Below, one piece after another: positions 45,346 through 55,256 of a stretch of 64,000 bases of DNA. The position numbers were made by a program, and so were the translations under genes. Position 1 is the first letter of the stretch. Each line of letters begins with the position of its first letter. The stretch covers positions 16,611,548 through 16,675,547 of the forward strand of contig NC_092673.1 in the NCBI RefSeq assembly GCF_964355755.1. Direction: 5' to 3'. The notes under the pieces were generated by a model. That model did no database searches and was not told where the DNA came from. It saw only the letters and a list, made by a program, of their open reading frames with translations. This DNA is from Antedon mediterranea. Lineage: Eukaryota; Animalia; Echinodermata.

Positions 45346-45859
45346 ATATTAAAAGCATACATACCCGTTTAGATTACCAAATGCACTTTATTGTTATCGA
45401 TTAGATCGTATAGATTCTGTTAATTTCTTTTATTATTGATTAATGATTGTTAGCAAGAAACAAAAAAAAAAACAAAAACAGCACAGATTTTATAAGATAG
45501 GATTATTGTATTCATCAACATCACATGTATCTAAGTGATCAACTAACTGAACATGTTCTATGAAATTAAACTCTTTCAGACAACGAGTAATTGTATAATA
45601 ATAATTGTAATAATTCATCCAAATTACTTACCGTCTTCTACAGCTGCATAATCATCAAAAACTAATTCAGGAATATCGGGAGTATTAGAAGATTATAAGA
45701 TTGTTCAAGTGACGCATACGTCTCTTGATATTGACCAATTATTTTATCAAGTCTGTTATTGTGTTTAGTCAATTCAATTCGCATGTCTTTCCCAAATCTG
45801 TTGCCAAACTAAGAACAGCAGCATTGATTTCTTTTTTTTTTTTTTTTCGTTTCTCTGTT

Positions 45860-46300
45860 TGCATCCGCTCAAGTTCAGCAATGATTCTTGTATGTCCAGA
45901 TATCGGTCTACATCGTGGAGAATTGGAGAATATGAAAAAGGCAAACGATATATTTTACAGACTTTAGAAACGAGATTTGTTGTAACAAAAAAAAAAAGCT
46001 AGGATTGCTTATAGAACTATTTGAGTTGATAGGACATGGGTGTATGGCTGCTAAAATAAAACAGTATGCAACAACAACAGATTACGTCTCACCTTACAAA
46101 AAAAAAATCTTTCTCGTTTACCCCACAGACGTATGACAATTCATATTGCATCTGAAATGGGAGAGAGTGACATGAATATTTTAAAGCGGTTTCTAAAAGG
46201 CGAATTACCAACAGCAGAATTTTTTTGAGAATTCAATTGAGCTGTTTAGTGTGATGGAGAAAATGGGATACATCTTTTCTCGAAAAAATTGGAAAGGAAT
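45860..46300 (+). pseudogene. Tandem-DED (vFLIP-like) pseudogene, paralog of 46790-47475
   Basis: CPDIGLHRGELENMKKANDIFYRL*; LGLLIELFELIG...VSPY; CCCCACAG|A CGT ATG then RMTIHIASEMGESDMNILKRFL...ELFSVMEKMGYI. Stops, frameshifts and a lost donor. Confidence 0.75.
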
Positions 46301-46574
46301 AAAACAATTATCATATAATATCAGCAGTGACCGGGTTTAGACGAACTTTGTCACATGGTCTATGTTTTGGCCAGTCTACACCCAACTTTGAGACAATGCT
46401 ATTGTTTTTAGCTTGTCTCATCTTGCTTTTCACACCTATCAGAAACACTTCACTATTGTTCATGAGAAACAGCCAGTTTCAATCCCTCCCATTGTGTGAA
46501 CTTGCCATTGTTTCTGGCTTTCACACCAGTCCCACCCTTTCCACTTATATTCCAAGTTTCCTCGACTTTCTGCA

Positions 46575-46625
46575 TTCTCACTCCTGAAGACGATCAAAGC
46601 ATATTGATCGAAACGTCGAGAAACT
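46575..46625 (+). ncRNA. Minimal type I hammerhead ribozyme of Penelope-like type, within a probable pLTR fragment (about 46325-46700)
   Basis: CTGAAGA at 46584-46590, extra C, stem II GATCAA/TTGATC with AGCATA loop, GAAAC, GTC cleavage triplet at 46615-46617, palindromic ACGT stem III, stem I CTC/GAG. Confidence 0.75.
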
Positions 46626-46789
46626 CAACAGTTCTTTTCAGAACTAATACATCGAATACAACCGTTTTGTCATAACTTTCGTCATCACAAACAGTATACA
46701 AACGAAAACAATGACAACTGCAGCTGCTATGGCCACTTTCGACTACTTAAGAGAGAGAGAGAAAATCAGTCAGTTTATATTTGTTCACC

Positions 46790-47475
46790 ATGGGTGCAGG
46801 TAACGATAGCAAGACATTTACTGACGCAACCTATAGCAAATTGATTGTCGAACTAGACAGTGCACTGACAAAAACTGATGTCTGTAAACTCAAATACTTA
46901 TGTCTCGATAAAACGATCGGTCTTCGCTATGAAGAATTTGATGAAATCTCTTCATTCATTGAATTAGTTTCTCGTCTTGAAGGCATGAAGAAAGTATCAA
47001 AAATGAACTTAAACTTACTCGAAGAACTGCTGGGTAATATAGGCGAGATTGAAATGGCGTGTAGAGTAGAACGATACTTGCAGAAAAAAGCGATGCCTAT
47101 CATCTCACGGTATAGGTAAGTTTAATATTGATATTTGGTTTTTTTTTTCTTTTGTTTTTTTTTTGTTTTTTTAATATGGTCAGCAGAATCTTATTATTAT
47201 TATTTTATCTATTTTCATCTAGACGTATGCTTGTTGATATTGCTTCAAATATTGATAAAGAGCAAGTGAATGAATTGAAGAATCTTCTGAAAAGCTACAT
47301 GCCAAGAAAACACATAAAACGGATAAACAATTCGTTTGAGCTCTTTATCGAGTTGGAACATCTAGATTTCATATCAGAAAATAACGTAAATTTGATAGGC
47401 TCAATTGGAGATTTGTTGAACGATATGTATATAACTATCGCCATTATTGCCTATGGCGGATCACGATGTTGGTAG
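46790..47475 (+). CDS. vFLIP-like protein with two death-effector domains, 192 aa; exons 46790-47115 and 47223-47475
   Basis: CACC ATG G start; DED1 LTKTDVCKLKYLC...LNLLEELL; TAT AG|GTAAGT...CTAG|A CGT; DED2 IASNIDKEQVNELKNLL...ELFIELEHLDFISENNVNL; 579 nt; no caspase domain. Confidence 0.88.
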
Positions 47476-47585
47476 TATAGTGATAAAAAAAAAAGTTTAA
47501 AAAATTGGTGTTTCTATGTTATCATTGCAAGTAATGACGACGACGACGACGACGATGAGAGATATTATATTGTACATAATATTTA

Positions 47586-49449
47586 TTATTGAAATATGAA
47601 CAACAACAACAGAGATAAACATAATATTTTCGATGAAATGTTATAACCGGAGGAGGAGGTGGATGACGCACCACGCAGTTGGTCAGACGAGTGTATAGAG
47701 GTATTCGTTGCTGCTGCTGCTGCTGTAGTGGTGGTGGTGGTAGGTATGTCGATGATGCACGAATAAGCATCCTGCACTTTGTATAATGCCTTGTTTATGT
47801 ACAGAGCGGCTATGACACCGGTTATAGAATTACTTTCTTCGTCTACCTTTCCGACAATCACTGTAGTCGCATTCTTTGTAGTTGAAACGGTGTTGAACTC
47901 GTCGGTGGGTAACTTTTCTTCTTGTATGTAACCGGAGAACTTACATCGAACGTACAGTCTATTTCTGTAAACTTCAACATACGCCCATGTATTCGTGATG
48001 TACTGTTGCGTGCTTATAATCTGAACACGAAGGCCGGAAGGTGATTTGAATATAACGTGTAGATAATTGTCAACGAGTCGCGCGTTAAAATTTGTCGTAT
48101 CACTCTGATAGCTTAAAATGTTGCCGGAATTTCTTAGCGATATAAAGTAAAAAGAGACTGACGCTTTATCGATCATCAACGGCGGTGTTGTAAGCTTGAC
48201 GCAGTCTGTTTGATTCAAAAAGAAACTTTTCGATGACGACGGTTCGTACCATAATTGATAGTCTATCCTGGTGTCTACGTCGCGTAAAATCATATTCTCT
48301 GGCTCAATTTTGTCAACGACGGCCGGGCCGTCGTTGCAATCAGTGCGAAGATTCAAAGAATCCATCGTCCATCCGTTGATGGTGAAATCGGCGATAGTTC
48401 CATCGATCGACGGTAAACGATTGTTTGCGCCAATTATAAACACACCATCCTGTCGGTAAGGGGACTTAAATTCAGACGGTAGCCGTTGCCATCGACTAAC
48501 CACCTTCGAGTTTGAAGACAAGCGTACAAACCCCATGACCAATTCGAGAGTGTATTGATACCAAGTACCCTGCGTCATTCGTCCGATGTTTTTGATGACA
48601 GTCATACGCGACAAAGACACAAAACTGAACTTCAATCGTCCTCCCGGTACGACAACAATTGACATTCGTACGTCGGCACTGTATTCATACAGTAGTATTT
48701 GTCGTTTTTCGTCCACCGTATCCAGTTTAATGTAGAATTCGATGACCATTGTGTTTTCTATACGATTCAAAGTGGGAACGGTGAAGGAACGACAAGATTT
48801 CTTTTTCAAGTCAATTCTGAATGCAGACTCGAGTGGCGGTGCAGACGGTGTCGTCATGAACGTATCCTCGTCGACGACATCATCATCGTGTGTACACGTT
48901 TCGGCTATACTCGGTTGTAATTGAAGATTGTTTACTTTCAACATTGTCACTGTACCTACAATCGACTTTAAAGTATCACTTGCGCCCACCTTAAGCGTTG
49001 TCACCACATCGTTGGGCGTAAACCTTTTCGTCACTTGTGCCCATTCGTCAAAGGCCGTATTCAACGACAAGTACACTTGATTTCCTTTCCGTTTTATCAA
49101 CACCTGGTACCATTCTCGTATCGCAAGTTTTTCGATGCTGCTAAGTCGAGCCGTTTTCGACTTTGCTGTTGCCGAAGAGCCGCGGCTACGCAACTCTACG
49201 ACTAAATGGCCGTCTTCTATCAAGACGGACGGTCCGAACGCTTCGGCGTTGTTCACCACGTTGGAATACATGATTTGTCCGTCTTCTTTTTTCGTGAGTT
49301 TCAACAAGAATTTTACGTTCACCGTTTCATTGAACGTGTACAGGTCGTACGGATCGATATCGAATGCATAACAAGAATCGTTCGTCAACTTCATCTTCCA
49401 ATCGCCGATCAATGAAACCGTATGATCTGCTGTCGTTGCCCGTGCGTTT

Positions 49450-49480
<31 letters not shown>

Positions 49481-50777
49481 TTTCGTTGAATGTGCAGTCT
49501 GTAACCGTGTTGGGTTGCAGTAACCATCCATTAAACTGAAAGGATGCTATGCAACCGGTTATCGACTGTGTTCTATTGGTACTGCCCAAATGAAATGTAC
49601 CGTTCAAATCGAGGCTGGTACCGCCCATCGTATCGTTCAGCTTTGTCCAGCCACCGACGTTGAAATCCGAATCAATTCTAGCCTGATTACCGATTCTGGA
49701 AACGTCGAAATGATACCAATTTTCGACAACGAGCACATGATCGCTGACAACTGTCAGCGATCCAGAACCCATGTTAAATGTAGCGTTCAATCGACCGTCG
49801 ACGATACCCAAAAACATATAATCCTCGTTGCCACTGCTGTACAGAATCTGTCCATCGGCGTCTTTGTTTAGTTTTATGTAAAACGATAAGAACACTCTGT
49901 CCTGATAGTCGACGTCACTAGGCCATTGAAAAGTAGTAGAAACGGCGTGAGATAAGTGAAATGCACGTTCACCCTTTAGTAAATTTGCCCTGCTAACAGA
50001 TTGCGTTGCAGTAGCGCCACGTTCTCGTTGCTGCTGCTGATGCTCAGTTACTTTGCACGTCTTCAGATTCTGCGGTAAGAGGCGTTTACCGTTGAACTGG
50101 AACAAAGCGAGACACGCGCTCACCGATGGGAACGTATCGGACGCACCTATGCCGTACAGATTGTTTGTGTCGAGGCGAGTGTAGTTTCCGTGTACACTCG
50201 ACCAAGGTCCGAACAGACCGTTTGTTACGATTCTGGCCCACGATCCAACTCGTTTAACGGTGAAATGATACCATTTTCCAACTAAAACGTTCTCTCGACT
50301 CACCACCGTCAACGGTTTCGAGCCAAGATCAAATGTGGCAGCCAGTCGACTGTCCAAAATTCGTATAAACATGTAATCTTTGTCACTGTTGCTGTACAGA
50401 ATTTGCCCATCTCTCGATTCGTTCAATTTAATGTAAAACGACGCAGACATCTGCTGTCGATAGTCGACCTTGCTTTTGTTTGCAGACAAATCAAATTCCA
50501 GTCTAGTGTTAAGGTCCACGTTGAACGTCGACTCATCGTCAAATAAAACGGTAACGTTACTTTGTCTGTCGGTTGTTATCATGTCCAGCACCTCGTATTC
50601 TCCCTCCGAGTTTGGACACGCAAACTCTCCGTTTCGTTCTATGTTAAACATACTCTCGCTTGAACATATCAGCGTTCTGTTACCGTTCGCAAGTTGACCG
50701 TATGGCTTTCCGTGACGTATCACCTTGCCATCGCAATTTAAAAAAAATAGAAACATAAACAACAACATCATCATCAT
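47586..50777 (-). CDS. Surface glycoprotein with about 5 laminin-G domains and a probable GPI-anchor signal, 1063 aa
   Basis: Signal peptide; repeated SFYIKL...DGQILYS...FDLGS...WYHF...G.I..F.FNG modules; Ser/Thr stalk; terminal hydrophobic ILCLSLLLLFIFQ with no cytoplasmic tail; intronless. Confidence 0.9.
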
Positions 50778-50877
50778 CGTTTGTTAATTGTTAAAGACAT
50801 GTCGTTTAAACGTTAATAACTTTTTTCTTTTCGTGCATTGACGTGATCCACGTGGAAAAAAAAAAGAGGAAGAGAAG

Positions 50878-51573
50878 ATGATTTCCCACCAGCGACAAAT
50901 GCGTACCATATGCAATAGAATAGAAGAACGAAAGCGCCATTCGTTTGGATTATGCGTCCTGAAACCGTTGAGTGAATGCGTTGCCGACAATAATGCAGCA
51001 ACGGCGGACATGGACAAAAAATGTCTAACGTTCGTAAGCAACGTCAAGTCAACTCTAGAGTTTCTGTGTCGCCAAAGTAACATACGATTAGAGCCGTTTC
51101 AGAAGGAAATGTGTAACGCTGTCATAGCTGGACGATTCAACAAAGTGTTTGGAGATCGAGCGTCGAAGCTGAGAATTCCATCACTTTGCATACTCGGCGT
51201 ACTGTCCGACGAGGAGGCACAGTCGATGACCGAACCGGCTCGATGGCATCCGGCCGTACGACATTCTGCCGCTAGAAAGATAGACGAATTCAATAGAAAG
51301 TTTACGGTTGTCAGAGTGCCTCGACGTAGCGGCAAGAATCGCGCCGGTCAACTTGTGGTGGCATCTCTTCTTGTACACGAAAATAGTATATCCGTCGTTA
51401 ACTGGGCTCAGGATTTGAACTGCGCGCGTACCAATCGAGAAGACGTCATTCGTCTATTGGAGATGGCTCAACGACGATACGCGTTCACGTTCAAAGGTGT
51501 TCCGGATGGAGTACAAGTGTTGCAGTCTACGGGCACGACGGCAAACTTTAGAAGCAAAGCAAACACGGCAAAC
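50878..51573 (+). CDS. DNA-packaging terminase ATPase subunit (UL15/UL89-like), exon 1
   Basis: Adenine-binding LEPFQKE and Walker A VVRVPRRSGKN; ends ANTAN|GTGAGT in phase 0. Confidence 0.92.
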
Positions 51574-51605
51574 GTGAGTATTGTTGTTTTTATTTTTTTT
51601 GCATC

Positions 51606-52712
51606 ATGAGTCGCTCCGAGGCCTATCCAACGTTCCTTGCCGGTTTAACGTACATTTTCAAAAACACGTCCATCATCACCACCAGCCATCACGTGAAACT
51701 TGTCAATTTGATAGGCGCCTGCATTGGCACAGCATCGAAAACATCGTACAAAAATAAACTGGAACGATGCAACGAGCAACAGCGACGTCATTTCGATGCG
51801 GCCGTATCTATCGGTGGTGGTGGTGGTGATGATGATGATGATAGCATGACGCCCAAAACGGCGTTCGTCTACTATTTTCTCGATACACTCGCTCGGCCGT
51901 ATCACAGACACATTGCTGCCTACATAACAAATTTTGATGAGTTAATGCAATGGATGCAAGCTGATCGTCGTCGCCGACGCAACAACCACCACCACCACCA
52001 CCACCACCACCAGACGCGAAAACGGTCATCATTTGTGGTGCCCTTAACCGACAGAATACACGATTCGGCCATTCTCAAATGCATTCTGTTCCAATTGAAT
52101 CATGTGAAAAGAAAACCGTTGCATCCGATGATGAAAACAATTTTGGAGTTTACAAAGTCCAGTTGGCCGTTCAATCTAATGTTTGCCATACCGAATCGAT
52201 CAAATGCACTGGTAGAATGCGTTCTACTTTTAAACAAAACGCGCAATGAGAAATACTCTGTTTCGCTCATAACTCAAGCGCTGTCGTTATTAAGCAAAGA
52301 TGAACTATCCGAGATGAAGAGCATAATGTTTGTTCAGAAACGATGCTCTCAGATAGAATTCTTTTACGATCACAATCCAGCGGCATTTGGATCAGAATCG
52401 ATTGTTTTTTGTCGCTACTGTTATATAATTTTAACTTACGTAGATCTGAAGAACAGGCCACCGACAAAAGGGATGTATATCGACGAGAATTCTCTCTTAC
52501 CCACCTGTTACAACTGTCATTCGAGAAGATTGGCTTCTCTGTCGTTGGACGGTGCCGGTGTACGATTGACAGTTAAACAGCCCGATTTGGCAATGATGCG
52601 TTCGTGCCCTACTTGCAGTGAGATAACTTCTCGAACAATGTGCGTAACGTGTAAACGTATACAAGAAGAAGAAGAAGAAGAAGAAGAAGAAGAAGACAAA
52701 TTTGTTCTTTAG
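51606..52712 (+). CDS. 368-aa protein with four C-terminal CxxC pairs, UL49/ORF66-like candidate; nested in terminase intron 1
   Basis: FCRYC...TCYNCHSRRLASLSL...SCPTC...MCVTC. The family assignment is by motif resemblance only. Confidence 0.7.
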   Translation: MSRSEAYPTFLAGLTYIFKNTSIITTSHHVKLVNLIGACIGTASKTSYKNKLERCNEQQRRHFDAAVSIGGGGGDDDDDSMTPKTAFVYYFLDTLARPYHRHIAAYITNFDELMQWMQADRRRRRNNHHHHHHHHQTRKRSSFVVPLTDRIHDSAILKCILFQLNHVKRKPLHPMMKTILEFTKSSWPFNLMFAIPNRSNALVECVLLLNKTRNEKYSVSLITQALSLLSKDELSEMKSIMFVQKRCSQIEFFYDHNPAAFGSESIVFCRYCYIILTYVDLKNRPPTKGMYIDENSLLPTCYNCHSRRLASLSLDGAGVRLTVKQPDLAMMRSCPTCSEITSRTMCVTCKRIQEEEEEEEEEEDKFVL

Positions 52713-52733
52713 ATATTTTTTTTTTTATTATTA

Positions 52734-53306
52734 TCAAGAAGGTACTTTTGAGCGATTAGGTGGTTCGGGCAAGTTGACAAGTTTATTACAAATCTCTCGG
52801 TCGACGAGCTCACGTGCCAATGTATTGTCATCATCATTCAATTCGTCCTCATCGCTGCTATCATCATCATCATCATCGTCCAACAATCCTCGAATTGAAT
52901 CCATTGCAGTATTGTGTCTAAGTCGTCTGTTGTTAACGCTTCCTAAAAGTGAACATATCCTATTGGGATTCATGCTCTTCTCTGATTTTCTGAGAGAGTA
53001 ATCTTCCTCCTTGAGTCGATCGTATTGCAGCCTGTAAAACGTTCGTAATTTAGACGAAAGTGCATCTTTCTCCAACTTTAACATGGCGTTCTGAGACGTG
53101 GTCAACATTCGTTCATAATTCGACTTTCGTCTGATCAACGACGACAGCATTTTCGCATCAATTCCATTCTTCAAACCTGACTGTATACTTTCTTGCATTT
53201 GCATCGTCTTTTCGTCGAATGTGTGTTGCATGGCGGCAATGTTGCGCATAGATTCTACTCGTTTTTGTTCAATGGCTTCGCCTCTTCTTTTTCTTTTACC
53301 AAACAT
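52734..53306 (-). CDS. ESCRT-III Snf7/CHMP4-like protein, 190 aa; nested in terminase intron 1
   Basis: Basic N-half and acidic C-half. LSSLIRRKSNYERML compares with CHMP4 ALQALKRKKRYEKQL, and MNPNRICSLL with MDIDKVDELM; DEDEL; MIM2-like LPEPP. ATG at 53306. Confidence 0.7.
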   Translation of the reverse strand: MFGKRKRRGEAIEQKRVESMRNIAAMQHTFDEKTMQMQESIQSGLKNGIDAKMLSSLIRRKSNYERMLTTSQNAMLKLEKDALSSKLRTFYRLQYDRLKEEDYSLRKSEKSMNPNRICSLLGSVNNRRLRHNTAMDSIRGLLDDDDDDDSSDEDELNDDDNTLARELVDREICNKLVNLPEPPNRSKVPS

Positions 53307-53343
53307 GTTTGCGTGCTGATGCAATAAGGCAGCATAGCGCACA

Positions 53344-53745
53344 ATGAAACCATTTGCGCCGTTAATAGTGACTTTTACGATATTCGTCGTTGTTCTGTAC
53401 AGTCTTACGTCGAAATACAACTGGCAAGGGAATACGTACGATAAGGAGAAGATAAGCTACAAGCAACTGTTGACGTCCAATATAATTCTGTTTGCCATAA
53501 CGTTCTACAGTGGACTGAAATATCCTCTCATCAGATACTATTCGAGTTACTACGGTGGTGGCCGGGGTAGACTCATGTTCATGACAGAGACTTTACTTCG
53601 CATGACGGTAATGATGGGAATCGATTACAGAGTGCAGAACATTATCGTGTCGCAAATGTCATCGCGTCTGGCCATCATGTTTGGGGATATCATGTCGATC
53701 GTCATCGAAGCCAGTATGGAACAGTACACGCCTCACAGTGGGTGA
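53344..53745 (+). CDS. Small membrane protein, 133 aa
   Basis: ATG divergent from the Snf7-like gene; 2-3 hydrophobic segments; fills the gap between neighbouring genes. Confidence 0.55.
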   Translation: MKPFAPLIVTFTIFVVVLYSLTSKYNWQGNTYDKEKISYKQLLTSNIILFAITFYSGLKYPLIRYYSSYYGGGRGRLMFMTETLLRMTVMMGIDYRVQNIIVSQMSSRLAIMFGDIMSIVIEASMEQYTPHSG

Positions 53746-54500
53746 ATTCATCGATAGCGTACCGTACCGTATCCAGGCCACGCATGACTCTACAGCACGT
53801 TCATAGGTGAAATTGAGTACACGATCAGCGCGTTTAACAAGAAAACGTCTGTCATCGTAAAGAAAACAAAGTCCGTCTGCGCTTGGCATTCCGTCAAGAT
53901 CGCATCGATGGATCGTTAACGGACCACCTCCCGATACGGGCATGGACGAGAACATGTGCCAAATTAATAAACATTTGTACATGCTTGTAACTTGATCATC
54001 TTTATTTATTTCTGTTGTCGGTGTCATTTTTTTCAATCCATTCACGTAGTCACAGACTCTTTCCACGTCCACGTCACACGCCTCCATCCATTTCCTGAAC
54101 GCCGTTTCGTGTCCAATGATTGCCGGATCGACCACCGTACTTGGATCGACAACGAGACGAAAAAATGTACACGTTGCCGCTCTGCGTTCATCGTGTCTGT
54201 CCGGATTCGCCAACATACACTCGAGCAGGTTTCTACTCCAAACATCAAGATTACAATGCTCGAAACACGCGTACTGCTTGGACGCCATGCACCGACGGCG
54301 TTCGGCAAAACACAACAGTTTTGCAATCGATGCCGTACACTCGAGACTAATTGTTTTTGGCAACAACGTATAGCTAACGCACGATTCTACATATCGAATT
54401 TCTTTCTCGATTTCAATTCTAAGTTTTTCAACGGCATTCTTGACTCGTTTATCGATGCGTTTGGCAAAACCAAACTCATCGTAATAATTTGATGTTGATA

Positions 54501-54550
<50 letters not shown>

Positions 54551-55146
54551 GGTGGCGGTGATGATGATGCTGGAAGTGGAAATACAACGAGTGATGTCTC
54601 TTCTTTTTTTGCTGTTTGTTCTGTTGTTTCGCTGAATACGGTAGTGACAAGATGATGACACTCATCTGTAAGGTTTTCATCTTTAATTCTACACCAAAAA
54701 CATTTGTAGCCGACAATGGGACAGCATCCGATCGGCATTGCCGGTACGGTTCCCATTACAGTCACAAATCTCCAAATTGTTGATAATCTTTCGAGAATTT
54801 TGAAAGAGTGCACATTGGTCCAGGCAAAGAGAACATTGCGTTTCAATATACTGTCCATGTCGGCCATTGTACAACACTCGGACGTTATCGTGGTTGTGTC
54901 GAACAAGAGACGTTCGATGAGCGCAATGCATCGTGCGTAATAGAGAACATCTTGTTCATCGCCTTTTTTGGTACATATACTCTCCAAATTTCCTTTGAAT
55001 TCCTTCAACAATTCTTTCAAGTAAGCGTTGTCTTCTTCTTCTTCTTCGTCGTCGTCGTCGTGATGATGATGATGATGATGATGAGACCATTCTATCCATC
55101 TACGTTCAACGCGTGACTCTAAACTTTTCCATAAATCAAACGACAT
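53659..55146 (-). CDS. Hypothetical protein, 495 aa, with His/Asp/Glu and Pro/Ser runs
   Basis: Long ORF in terminase intron 1; Cys-rich patches; no family recognised. Confidence 0.75.
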
Positions 55147-55256
55147 AATCTAAAATATGGAGGTAATCAGTTGTCTCTCCTCTTCCTTCTTCTCCTTCTT
55201 CTGCTCATGTCGACGAGTATTCGCTATTAGATTGGTCAAGAGAAGATTGATTAGGA

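Noticed and set aside
50878-51609. Terminase fragments as a phage gene or broken pseudogene
   Set aside because: Canonical spliceosomal sites join all three parts in frame with every motif present.
53307-53420. N-terminal 38 aa of the 228-aa ORF call
   Set aside because: Non-ATG start overlapping the divergent gene; the Snf7-like similarity begins at MFGKRK.
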